64,000 nt of DNA from Torpedo marmorata. Lineage: Eukaryota. Every line of letters begins with the position of its first letter. Position 1 is the stretch's first letter. A model generated the notes under the pieces. It was not told the DNA's origin. It did not search any database and was given only the letters and a program-made list of their open reading frames with translations. Made by a program: the position numbers and the translations under genes. The DNA lies in assembly GCA_977017645.1 (NCBI GenBank), contig OZ360232.1, forward strand, positions 81,096,001 to 81,160,000. Reading direction: 5' to 3'. Positions 50,683 through 63,079 of this stretch are shown here, piece by piece.

Positions 50683-52533
50683 GTATTTCTGTTATAATAA
50701 AACTAGTCAATACATTTGTATAATATCCTATCCTACTCCAAATAAACTTACACTTAATGTGTACATAATATATTTTTATTGTATTTGCATTGTATTTCAA
50801 TCAATTTGGATAGACCGGGTATGTATATATGTATATATGTATATATATATATATATATTACTTTGTAACCATGCTGAAAGTTTATCCCACAGCAATAGGC
50901 ACTTGCCATTTTTCTATTTGCTCGACATCAATTCTTTACATATCAAGTTCTTTGTTGCTGAATCATTGGAACGATTAAGCTTAAAATTTACAATATATAA
51001 ATCAAATAATCATTGTGCAATTCAGTTTTAATGTTACCTAACAAACTATTTGCTCATTAAGCTTTACTAATACACTTAATGTGTATTTGATGAAATGGTC
51101 ATTGTACCAGGTAAGGTTTTGCACCAGCATCAATACAGGTTATCCTCAGTTAACAAACAGGTTCGGTTCTTATAGACATCCATAAATAATGTAATGAATA
51201 GCATCAAAAGCACAAAACTGATCAGAGAGAACAATTACTAAAAGTGGAGAGAGAGAGAGAAACTAGTTCTACCGTTCAAAGGAATTTTTTTTTACAAATT
51301 TAAGAATGTTTGTATGTATGTAGGACTTTTGAATTTAATAACGTGAGACTTCATTTGTATGTATGGGTGATCATAAGTGGGTTGTTTGTAACCCAGAGAT
51401 AGCCTGTTAACAGTCCTAAAATATTCTAAATGCTGAAGGTTTAAATGTTTTATTGAAGCATACTCCTTGTATTTCTTTGAAACCAAATATCTCTATATTT
51501 CATTGGCAAATATCCATGTAGATTTCAGGCCAAATTTAAGAGGATGTTCTTCCCATCCTCTGTCTAAAATATAAAATTATTCTGAAATCTGTTTTAAGGT
51601 CTATTTTTATTTTATTTCTCCAAAGGAATTTGACCTTTCACACTTCTCCCAAAAGTGGAGCGTGTTGAATCTGTTAGTTAGTGCGCAACCATGTTATTAC
51701 TGAAAATCAGCCTGGGTTCTGGTTCTGAGGTTCCTGGCTGAAGAAGTGGAAGTTGATTGATTATTGCACCGAGCCCACTAACATTCTCTGAAGCATTAGG
51801 CACATTTTGATGAAAGATGTGCAATATGTATACATGTCAGTACTATTTGAAACAGGATTTTTTTATTTAAAAATAAGTTACTATTCATGTATTACAATTG
51901 ATGAAAGAGAATAGTTAGCACTTCAGTCAGCTCTGCAGGTTTGTCATTCTTCATGGCTCAAAATGAGCAAGCAAGCTTCTGGAGTGGGTCTAATAAAAAG
52001 AAATGCGTTGGCTTTCTTTCCATTTAAAACCTTTGCATTATCATTACAGTACTTCCATGTTTTAAAATGTCCTCTTTTTAAGTTCTGCAAAGTTTGTGAA
52101 GAGTCTTAAACCCCACAATTTTATGCTGATTGGTAAATTTGACATCGGATTTGTATACACTACCTTAGATATGGCTTTCTGATAAATAATCAATTTTGTT
52201 GTTGAACTAGGGAGTGCTGGTCATCAAGGGGAGACTCCCCAGTCTGTTTGAATAATTCAACATTTTTTAACAGATACCTGAAGCTTTGGAAAAGGAAATA
52301 TTTCTTCAAACTGTCCTGTAATAATTAACTTTAGCAAGAAGAGCCTTCTGAAAGATTGAACTTGAGTGCACTACAAAATTATGTATTCCAGATTGTGAAC
52401 TTGAATTTGATAAACAATATTCCAATGAAAGAGGGATTGAACTGAGGGAATATTAAAAGCTATTGATTTGAAGAGATTTGAATTTATTTTACTCCAATTT
52501 TCTATTAATCCAAATATACTTTCCTTTAAACAG

Positions 52534-52734
52534 AGAATCACATCCTCGAAGATGTAAATAAATGTGTCATTGCATTGCAAGAGAAAGATGTAGATGGATT
52601 AGACCGTACAGCTGGTGCAATTCGAGGGCGTGCTGCAAGAGTTGTACATGTAGTCACTTCAGAAATGGACAACTATGAACCTGGAGTTTACACTGAAAAA
52701 GTTCTGGAAGCAACCAAACTGTTGTCTAATACTG
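52534..52734 (+). CDS. CTNNA1: Catenin alpha-1 exon 12, ENHILEDVNKCVIALQEKDVDGLDRTAGAIRGRAARVVHVVTSEMDNYEPGVYTEKVLEATKLLSNT
   Basis: aacAG|AG...ACTG|gtaat, 201 bp, phase consistent with its neighbours. Confidence 0.96.
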
Positions 52735-52827
52735 GTAATGCTCCGTCATTTTGAATGGTTCTTTCCCCATTCAAGCATAGCATACCATAATGTGTTGTGA
52801 ACAAAACCAATGCCAAATATTCATGGT

Positions 52828-52935
52828 AAAAACACAATGCTTTAGAAAATCAGCTGATCAAACAGTGTACTTTATATAGCAAAGATAAAGATATATAAAC
52901 CAACGTTTCAGGCTTGAGCCCTTCTTCAAGGTATA
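52828..52935 (-). mobile_element. Penelope pLTR fragment
   Basis: aaaaacacaatgct..aaacagtgtac..caacgtttcaggcttgagcccttcttcaaggtat. Confidence 0.7.
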
Positions 52936-53118
52936 TCTTGATGTACCTTCATATACCAGTGGAGCTGAGTCAGTCCATAGCCCGATCAGCTATAATCTTG
53001 TTAACGGTAGAGCGGGCTCGACAGGCCAAATGTTTTTTTTAATGTTCTTGCACATAAACAGGTTACTCAGCATTCAGTCAATTCACTTCTCTGGACAGCT
53101 GGCTATGTTGTCATAGAT

Positions 53119-53430
53119 ACCCCTTTTACACAGATGATTAAAGCCGGGTATTATCCGCCTTTCGAGCTCTTCACTTAGCTGTGTGAACGCATCGAAGGCA
53201 GATTGGGGGGTCTGAACTTACCCGGCTTTAATCCGCCAAGGTAGGTAGTGTCAGAGGTGAGAGCGGGGCTGTACTACACGTCCCGCCTCTTTTGCTTTGG
53301 GAAGCCGGCTTGCTGTGTAAGAGGACTCACCGACCCGGCTTTTCTTCTGTTCTGTGTGAACAAGCAAGCCGGCTTCCAGAGACGGGTCGTGTATACGGCA
53401 ATAACGCGGCTTTTCAGTGTAAAAAGGGCT
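53119..53430. mobile_element. MITE with CCCTTTTACAC/GTGTAAAAAGGG TIRs (PIF/Harbinger-like)
   Basis: Short TIRs and a CpG-rich interior with repeated gccgg/ccggc motifs. Confidence 0.5.
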
Positions 53431-54958
53431 AGAGATTTAGGCCAAAGTCTCCAGTTTTAGGTCAACATTGTAAAATTGAATTTTGGGGGAGCTAGGGCAT
53501 GTTGTTGAAGCCCGCATCTCCAGATCTATAATTTTTTATGTCAAATGTCAGTATGCCAGCTCACAATGATGCTTTTGCATGTTACAGAATGCCATCTAGA
53601 TTGACAGAATGTCCATTAAATATTTTTTTGTTTGGGGGGGGGTGGGGAAGCAAGGGAATTGTTATTCAGACCTTAGTCACCTTAGATCATTGGGATTACA
53701 AGTATAAATTACCTAGCTAATTCTATGACTTCTGATCTTTCAAGACCAATGACAAATGAGGTAAATATAATATGATCTGATTACTTGAAACATGCCGTTG
53801 AAATCCACTGTACAGGGTATGAATCCTGTATATAGGGGTCCACGTCCACATAAATGAAAGCTTGCCGGACAAATATCCATGAAAGTGAAGGAATATGTTT
53901 TACTGCTTGGCCATCAGGTAGGATTCTTTGCAGCACACATTGTTTCTTCAGCAGCAAAAAGAATGATAGTCTATAGGCTGTTAGAATAAAATTTAGAATT
54001 TTGGACCATTGATTCAGAGATGGGTATTGCAATCTACCATGCATGCTGAAAAAATTAAGTTCAAATAAGTAAACCAGGAAATAAAGTTAATCTCTGTTGC
54101 AAGAACTGTGAAATTGCCACATTAAATCAGCTAAACTTTTATAATACTAATTTCCTTCAGGGAATAAAATTTACCATTTTTGGTCTGGCCCTTTGGACTC
54201 TAGATGTTGTTGATTCTTGATGAAATAATTGTGAATGGGCAATAATTTTAGCTTTCCCGGCAGTGTCCATATTCTATGAATGTATCATGTAAAAACAAAA
54301 CTCTTTCAATTACTGCTGAATATAAATCAGGGTAGTTGTCTCAATCTGTGATGTGGCTTTGAACTGGAGGTTTTGCAGAGTGGTAGGCCTATCTTTGTAC
54401 GAGAGCCACAACACCTGAAATCAAAGATTTTGGAATAAATGGATCCTTATCGGGCTGAAGGGATGTAATTAGTGGAGTGCCCAAGAGATGGGTTTTTGGC
54501 CTTTGGCAGTTGACAATTTATACTCACGACCTGGAGGAGGGAACGAAATGCAAGATTTCCAAGTTTGCTGATGACACAGAAATGATTTTGCAATAGGATA
54601 TTGAGTAATTGTGCAAAACCTTGCAAATAGTATGAGGTACTTGCTTTTTCATTAATCAGGGTTTTCAGTACAAATGTAGGGAGATTATGGTCCAATGTTA
54701 GAAAAAAATAATTTCAAGTATTCTGTATGGAATAAAAAAGTTTGTGTAATGGAGTTGTCCCGTAGACCAATATCTGATTATTTACAGTTCTTCTAAAAAC
54801 TGACATTGTTTAGTGAAAGCAAATGGTAATCAATCCTTTTCAAAGATGGCTCAGTAACTCTGAATGTAGCACATATGAATAAAAACTGAAAACACAACAT
54901 TTGTGTGAAAATCACTAAAATGTTAAATTGTAGCAATCCATTCATTTTCCCAATCCAG

Positions 54959-55110
54959 TTATGCCACGATTTACTGAGCAAGTGGAAGCTGCCGTCGAAG
55001 CACTCAGTGCCAATCCTGCTCAACAGCTGGATGAAAATGAGTTCATTGATGCATCACGCCTGGTCTATGATGGTATTCGTGATATTAGGAAAGCTGTATT
55101 AATGATTAGA
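54959..55110 (+). CDS. CTNNA1: Catenin alpha-1 exon 13, VMPRFTEQVEAAVEALSANPAQQLDENEFIDASRLVYDGIRDIRKAVLMIR
   Basis: ccAG|TT...AGA|gtgagt, 152 bp. Confidence 0.96.
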
Positions 55111-56750
55111 GTGAGTATATTTTGCCAACTCATGGGAAACTTTGCTGAATCTGTACTGTTTGAAGTATTGTGTGACAACCTGAATTAAAAATTCATAGAT
55201 ACCGCACAGGTAATTACTTGACATAATATAGGTTATTGTTTACAACCTCAATTGCTGAGAGGTTATCACACCTATACCCACAACATTACTGACCTTTGTC
55301 TCGGATTAAAAATTGGTAATCCAGCTGGTTGTATGCAACTGTTACTTGTAAGCAGCTCTGTGTATTTTCAAGTGGTTTGAAGAGCTGCTTTTGTCCTTTG
55401 TCATTTTTATAGTATGTCTAATTGAGTGTTCTTTATCATTTTTTAATCAGAAGAGGTTGTTTACAAACAAAATCAATTATCAATGTCAGTTTTTCAAGTA
55501 ATAATGTTTTAAGTTTGTGTATATAAAGTTATCAGTTTACTTCCATTTATTTTCTCAAACTAGTAAAGAATGTTACTTAGGAGTACTCATTGATATTTTT
55601 ATCCACAGCAGAGTGTGGTCAATGAAAACATTTGACAGTATTTGGACAAGGTTGCCAATACTGAAACTGAAACCAGTGGAAATGTAAGGCATAGCAATTG
55701 TTGCTCTGGGTGATTATCACCACAGAGGTGAAGTGATTGTGCACACTTGGCTTCGAGTAGCTGACATGTTTAAGAATGTTCAGTGGACCAATTAATAAGA
55801 TTTGTGGAACTAATATGCTTTAATTTTGCTGCCAGATTGCCCCCATCTCCAACCAAATACAGAAGTTAGTGGTTAAAATTAAAACACGATTTATAATTAC
55901 AAATTAAGGGTAACATACTATAGTTACAAATCAAAGATGGAAGAAATTCAGCATAGGGTTCTTGCATCAGGAGTAATTAACTATTTGGGTAAAAGTGGAT
56001 CTTTGCCGAAATGGATTGCTTTCTCAGTATTCACATTGCATTCAGTGTTTTAAAGCCTCTAAAAGAAAAGACTATTATAATTGAGTAATAATCTGGTCAA
56101 ATTTGATTAATATAGTTCAAAATATATTTATCACAAAATATGTGCACTTCTAATCAGTTTAGACATGTGACCTGTGAGTAGTTTCCTTTTTAAAATTAAG
56201 GAACATTGAAGTGGGGTGTAATTGTAAGTTCCCTCATTTTGAAGATCATTCAAAATCATACCTATTCTTGTTCTGGAGGCTAGAAATTTTGGTTCAATCT
56301 GTGCAAGCTGCCAATGATCCCAATTAGTGGAAAATAGTAAAGTGATTAATTCATCTGGGGGCAGAGCTTTCATAAAGTAAGATTTTGGACAATTGCCTTT
56401 TGTGTTTGGATGATAATGTATATCTAGCAATTGACGCTATATCAAGAATAAGCAATCCACTGTCTTTCCTCATTTGTTTTCCTGTCATCTAGGAATTATA
56501 CAATTAGTGAATACTTAATTGGACTGTTCCAGGGTGTTAAATAGCAGTAATTATTTGTGACCATCCTTGATATTGAAAACTTCCAAAATAGTGCAATTAT
56601 CATGACCTTTGATACTGTGCAATTTAAAATTTTCCAAAAAAGAGTTTACAAAAATTTAAATGTTCATACTGCAGTCATTTTCTGTTTTTCTAATATCATG
56701 TCAACATATTAAAATGGCTTTCTTAACACCACCTCTGCCACCTCTACCAG

Positions 56751-56861
56751 ACTCCTGAAGAATTGGATGACTCAGACTTTGAAACTGAAGACTTTGATGT
56801 ACAAAGTAGAACTAGTGTCCAGACGCAGGAAGATCAGCTTATTAATGGACAAAGTGCAAGG
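56751..56861 (+). CDS. CTNNA1: Catenin alpha-1 exon 14 (phospho-linker), TPEELDDSDFETEDFDVQSRTSVQTQEDQLINGQSAR
   Basis: ccAG|ACT...AGG|gtaaga, 111 bp. ELDDSDFETEDFD is the CTNNA1-type linker, not the CTNNA2 type. Confidence 0.95.
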
Positions 56862-58520
56862 GTAAGAAGTTGCATGTTATTCAGTGTGTCTATTAACCTT
56901 ATAGCGGGTTGATGCACATTACACATCTTTGTTGTACATAACTGCTTTTAAATACCAAAACCTTGGTTGTTGGTGTGTAACGTGGTTTATGGGAAACAAC
57001 TGACAGCTGAACCAATTTATTAATTGTGAGCCTAAAATAAGCAAACTGTGGAATTCAGTTATTAAACTGCTGCATAACTAATTAAGGATAGACTATTACA
57101 AATCATATCAACCAATAAGTTTGTAATTTAACATTTTGTCCTATTGAAAGAGTATATTTTGTAATAAAATATTTTATATTTGGATTTTTTTTAAGAGGGA
57201 AGGGCACTTGCGTGATTTTCCTCAAAATAGCTATGGAAAATATAAGACTAAAAAATACCATCCTCTGTCAAATGGGAATTTATTTTGAATTCAGCCGAGG
57301 CAGACTGAACGTAGATGACAGCTGTTTGGATCTGAAGAATGAGATTGGGCAGTTTTAGTACAGTTCCCTATGGACAGTTCAACAGTGCTCAGCTGCTCTG
57401 ATTTTTGGCACAGTCTACTGCTATTGGAAAATGGGTGTTTTGAAGTCGTTGGGAAAGGGAAATGAAAATGTTATGTGCTGTTTCTGAAGCTGGGATTAAG
57501 GCATCTAATCCAAATAAGGGAAGCACTGTAGAGCATCAGCAAGACCAATGTTTTATAGTACAGAGCTGATTTGAAAAGTAGTTTTGTTCATTTTATGGAT
57601 TTCCGCTTGTATTGTTTATTGTGCTGATTTCTATCGGCCTTTTAAGTAAATCTTGTTTAATTTTTGCCTCAATATTTCACACAGGTCATCAGTAAAATAT
57701 TTATCCGTTTGGAGAAATTAAAGAAAATATTTTTTTTAAAAACTGCATATGCCAGCACTCTGCATGTATTTGCAAGGGCATGTATTAACATCTGCAGTAT
57801 CTAGAAGAATGCAGGCTGACAACTTTTGTTTTTTTCAAAATTGAACCATTTACAAAGGGAGCCAAAAAAAAACATTAATTTAACTTTTATATGCTGTTAT
57901 ATTCAGTACAGCAACAAATAAAATAAAAAGCCAGTCAGCCTCAGCAAATGAAAATATTGCATGAATATGCAGAGATGTCCATTATGTTGTTGTAATGAAA
58001 GTACTACATCCAGGGTATGCACTTGGTGAATGTCTAGAGTTCTCTAACTATTCTACACCTTTATATATAAAAAAAATTAAAAATCCTTTGACAGCAGGTA
58101 ATATTGCCTGGATTAGAGGACGTTCATTATGGCCTTGCTTTCTCTGGGTGACCAGATGAGAGAAAAAAAAGGATTAAGAGGAGTCATGGATATGGTAGAT
58201 GGTCAGAATCTTTGTCCCATGATTGGGTTATCAAAAATAAGAGGGCATAGGTATGAGATGAGAGGAAGGATTTTTAACAGAGATCATGGGGATAAGCTTT
58301 TTTGTACAGTGATTGATACTTGGAACCCACTGCCAGAGGAAATAGTGGAATCAGATACAATTGCAACATTTAAGCAGCATTTAAAGAGACATTTAATTAG
58401 GCAAGGTATAGAAGGATATAGTCCTAATGTGAACAAATGGGATTAGTGTAGATGGATAAAAAGGCCCTGTTTCTGAACTGTATGACTAACAATGAAAATT
58501 AGTGCACAAATCACATGGTA

Positions 58521-59190
58521 CAGGTACATAATCTTTTATCCGAAATTCTGAAAACCGAAATCTCCGAAAACCGAACGTTTTTCCATGGATGTCGTCTGCA
58601 CACCAAAGCTTGCGTTTGGCGCCAAACATGACCAGACGCGACCCACCCCGTCCAGTGCCGTGTCTCAGTGCTCCTACCAGTCAGATGTGCCTCTGCTGCT
58701 CACGGACTTTGAAGACTGTGAAAATGTCAAAAAGAGCTGCAGAGTCCCTTGTGGGTAACAGAGAGAAGCAGAAAAGGAAGCGTCTGTCATTATCGATAGT
58801 GCAGAAAGTAGAGTTATTGCAGAAGCTTGATCGTGGTGTATCTGTGCGGCGTCTTACTGAAGATTATGGTGTGGGAACTACCACCAAATATGACTTAAAG
58901 AAGCAGAAAGATAAGTTGTTGAAGTTTTACAGTGACAGTGATGTCCAGAAACTGATGAAAACCCACCCTCCCTATCCAGCGCCGCCGCAACACCCACCCC
59001 CCCCCCAGTCCAGCGCCGCCGCAAACCCCCCCCCGTCCAGAGACCCTTCTAGTTGGAGTGTGTCTTTGTTTTGTGTGAATCTGAAATCAGCGCAATTACT
59101 TAACATACCGCCGTTACTATTATTCTATTATCTGAAAAATTCCGAAGAGTGTCTGGTCCCAAGGGTTTCGGATAAACGATTATCTACCTG
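58521..59190 (+). mobile_element. Internally deleted Tigger (pogo) transposon retaining the N-terminal HTH
   Basis: TA|CAGGTACATAATC..ATCCGAAA ... TTTCGGATAAACGATTATCTACCTG|TA. KRKRLSLSIVQKVELLQKLDRGVSVRRLTEDYGVGTTT is a CENP-B/Jerky-type HTH. Confidence 0.88.
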
Positions 59191-59257
59191 TAGTATGGTC
59201 AAGTTGGTATTTGATCATTGGAAAATCTTTCCAGAAAAATCTTTGTAATTGTCTTTT

Positions 59258-60390
59258 GTTCATGGTATAGGGGATATGGTATTGAGGTGGATAGAAAATT
59301 GGTTGACAGATAGGAAGCAAAGAGTAGGAATAAACGGGTACTTTTCAGAATGGTGGACAGTAACTAGTGGGGTACCACAAGGCTCAGTGCTAGGACCCCA
59401 GTTATTTACAATATATATTAATGGTCTAGATGAGGGAATAGAAAACAGCATTTCCAAGTTTGCAGACGACACGAAGCTGGGTGGCAGTGTTAGCTGTGTA
59501 GAGGATGTTAAGAGGGTGCAGGGTGACCTGGACAGGTTGGGTGAGTGGGCAAATGCATGGCAGATGCAATATAATGTGGATAAGTGTGAGGTTATCCACT
59601 TTGGTGGCAAGAATGGGAGGGCTGAGTATTATCTTAATGGTATCTGATTAGGAAAATGAGAGATGCAAAGAGACCTGGGTGTCGCTGTGCATCAGTCATT
59701 GAAAGTGGGCATGCAGGTGCAGCAAGCAGTAAAAAAAAGTGAATGGTATGTTGGCGTTCATATCAAGAGGATTCGAGTACAGGAGCAGAGAGGTATTGAT
59801 GCAGTTGTATAGGGCCTTGGTGAGACCTCACCTGGAGTATTGTGTTCAGTTTTGGTCTCCTTATCTGAGGAAAGACATCATTGCCACAGAGAGAGGGCAG
59901 AAAAGGTTTACTAGATTGATACCAAGGATGGCGGGACTTGCACATGAAGAGAGGCTGGATCGACTAGGCTTATTCTCGCTGGAATTTAGAAGATTAAGAG
60001 ATCTAATAGAAACGTACAAAATTCTTAAGGGATTGGACAGGCTAGATGCAGGAAGGTTGTTCCCGATGTTGGGTAAGTCTAGAACCAGGGGTCACAGTTT
60101 AAGGATAAAGGGGAAGTCTTTTAGGACTGAGATGAGAAAAAAAAATTTCACTCAGAGGGTGGTGAATTTGTGGAATTCTCTGCCACAGGAAGTAGTTGAG
60201 GCCAGTTCCTTAGCTATATTTAATAGGGAGTTAGATTTGGCGCTTGTGACTAAGGGGATCAGGGGGTATGGAGAGGGAGCTGGTACTGGGTACTGAGTGG
60301 ATGATCAGCCATGATCAAAACGAATGGCGGTGTAGGCTTGAACAGCCAAATGGCCTACTCCTACATCTATTTTTTATGTTTCTATGAATA
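59258..60390 (+). mobile_element. CR1 LINE, 5'-truncated
   Basis: SGVPQGSVLGPQLFTIYIN, SKFADDTKLGG, LVRPHLEYCVQFWSP, FTQRVVNLWNSLP. Tail ttatgtttctatg. Confidence 0.93.
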
Positions 60391-60914
60391 ACAAAAAAAT
60401 ACAAAACTGGAATTCCAAACTAAAAACGGATTAATCATATTAGAATAAAACGTGAGGTATTGTGTAGCCTATAGCTCTGTACCCTTTTAAAATAAAAAAT
60501 AAAAAGGCCTGAAGATGTATTGTTGCATTTTAAACTTCATTGAATCTTGTGCACAAAAGAATGATCTTTGAAAGAAATTATTATTTTCTTGTCCTGCTGG
60601 GGTGCATAAGCATAATTGGGTGAGGTGATGTTTAAAAAGTATTGTTCCATATATAGCTTTAATACAGTGGTGTAGATCCCAATCTTGAAGAAAAAATTCC
60701 TATAATGGCTATAATATCTGTTGGGTATTTTAATTCTATTTCTCTGTGAAGTTTGTTGCAGTAATAACTTTCTTCCTCAGTACTATTAATCTAAGTAACT
60801 GAAGATTTTACCATTTGAACAAGATTCAGCTGTCTTTTGTGTCATTGTTTTTTCCACATTTGGATCATCTTTACCTTTTTAGTCTTATCTCACTGATTTG
60901 TTTTTGTTTTTCAG

Positions 60915-61096
60915 GCCATTATGGCTCAGCTTCCACAGGAGCAAAAAGCAAAGATTGCTGAGCAAGTCGCCAGCTTTGAGGAAGAGAAAATCAAACTGGA
61001 TGCTGAAGTTTCTAAATGGGATGACAGTGGAAATGATATTATTGTCTTAGCCAAACAGATGTGCATGATTATGATGGAAATGACAGACTTCACCAG
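60915..61096 (+). CDS. CTNNA1: Catenin alpha-1 exon 15, AIMAQLPQEQKAKIAEQVASFEEEKIKLDAEVSKWDDSGNDIIVLAKQMCMIMMEMTDFTR
   Basis: tcAG|GCC...CCAG|gtgaca, 182 bp. Confidence 0.95.
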
Positions 61097-61103
61097 GTGA
61101 CAA

Positions 61104-62987
61104 AATCAGAATTTATTGTCATGAACAAGTCATGAAATTCGGTGTTTTGCGGCAGCATCATAGTGCAATTAAAATTCATATTTACCATCTAACGACATTA
61201 CTATAAAAATTATAAACAATAGTGCACGAAAAGTAAGGCAGTGTCTTTGGTTCATTGATTATTCAGGAATCTGATGGCAGCGGGGAAGAAGCTGTCCTTG
61301 TGCCGTTCAGTGCTCGTCTTTAGGCTCCTGCACCTTTTTCCCGATGGAAGCAGAGTGAAGAGGGCATGGCCTGGGTGGTGGGGGTCCTTGAGGATAGAGG
61401 CTGCTTTTTTAAGACACCGCCTCATGTAGATGTCCTCAATGGAGTGAAGTTTGGTGCCTGTGATGTCACAGGCCGAGTTAACAACCTTCTGGAGTTTACT
61501 CTTGTCCTGGGAGTTGGCACCTCCATACCAGGCAGTGATGCAACCAGCCAGAATGCTCTCCACGGTACACCTGTAGAAGTTTACGAGAGTCTTTGGTGAC
61601 ATACCGAATCTCCGAAAACCCCTCACAAAGTATAACCGCTGACTAGCCTTCTTTGTGATTGCATCCACGTGGATGCTCCAGGATAGATCCTCGGAGATGT
61701 TGACACCCAGGAATTTGAAGTTCTTGACCCTCTCCACGACTGAGCCCTCAATGAGGACTGGGTCGTGTTCCCCTGACTTCCTCCTGAAGTCCACAATCAT
61801 CTCCTTGGTTTTGCTGACGTTGAGCTCAAGGTTGTTGCCATTACACCATTCAACGAGCTGATCTATCTCCCTCCTGTACGCTTCCTCATTGCCGTTTGTG
61901 ATTCTGCCGACAACTGTGGTGTCATCGGCAAACTTGTATATGGCATTGGAATTGTGCCTGGCCACACAGTCATGAGTGTATAACGAGTAGAGCAGTGGAC
62001 TAAGCACGCATCCTTGGGGTGCGCCTGTGTTGATAATCAGTGAGGAGGAGACGTTGTTTCCAATTCGTACTGACTGTGGTCTTCCGATGAGAAAGTCAAG
62101 GATCCAGTTGCATAGTGGGGTACAGAGGCCGAGAGTTTGTAGCTTCTTGACCAGCACTGAGGGAATAATGGTGTTGAAGGCCGAGCTGTAGTCGATGAAG
62201 AGCAACAGTATGTATGAATTGCTGTTTTCGAGGTGGTCCAGAGCTGAGTGGAGAGCCAGCGATATTGCATCTGCTGTGGAGCGATTGTGGCGATAGGCGA
62301 ATTGCAGTGGGTCCAGATCTTTGCTTAGGTATGTGTTAATTCTGGCCATGACCAGCCTCTCAAAGCATTTCATCACAGTAGAAGTTAGTGCTACTGGGCA
62401 GTAGTCGTTGAGGCAGCTCACACTACTCTTCTCGGGTACCGGGATGATTGATGCCCTTTTGAAGCAGGTGGGAACCTCTGACTGCCGCAATGAGAGGTTG
62501 AAAATGTCCGTGAACACTCCGGCTAGTTGGTTGGCGCAGATTTTCAATACCCTGCCAGGTACGCCGTCAGGGCCTGACGCCTTGCGAAGGTTCACCCTCT
62601 TGAATGATGTTCTGACGTCGCCCTCAGAGATATCACAGTGTCCTCAGCCTTTTCAGGGATTCTAGTAGGCACCGTTTTGTTCTTCTTCTCAAAGCGGGCA
62701 TAGAAGGTGTTCAGCTCATCAGGCAGTGAAGCATCACAGCCGTCTATAGTGTTTGCCCTCGCTTTGTAGGCTGTAATGGCCTGCACTCCCTGCCATAGCT
62801 GGCGTGTATCTGTCTCTGTCTCTAGCTTCCTCCGGAATTGCCACTTTGCTTCAGAGATGGCCTTCCGCAGGTCGTGCCTGGACTTTTTGTAAAGATCCCG
62901 GTCCCCGGCCTTAAACGCTCTTGTTCTCGTCCTCAGCAGGTTGCGAATTCTCTGATTCATCCAGGTCTTCTGGTTGGGGAACACCCG
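61104..62987 (-). mobile_element. Rex1/Babar LINE, 5'-truncated, with an open RT-to-C-terminus frame (61252-62595)
   Basis: 447-codon open frame with all RT motifs (KASGPDG, PQG, FADD). Same family as 19420-20837. Confidence 0.93.
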
Positions 62988-63079
62988 TTATTTGTGCTAT
63001 TAAGTGCCAAATTCAGTGATAATTTAATTTGCCAAGTATTATAGCTCTGAAATTGCCACCCAAATCTCGCTGCCTATTA

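Noticed and set aside
58589-59248. 219-aa ORF as a domesticated TIGD/JRK gene
   Set aside because: Only the first HTH is present, it lies within intact TIRs with an internal deletion, and it runs into low-complexity sequence.
43613-61096. CTNNA2/LRRTM1 or CTNNA3/LRRTM3 assignment
   Set aside because: The linker ELDDSDFETEDFD, AGRKER and TKLLSNT are CTNNA1-type, and the nested gene is LRRTM2-like (GLH.KWPLG, QQLPYKECEV).
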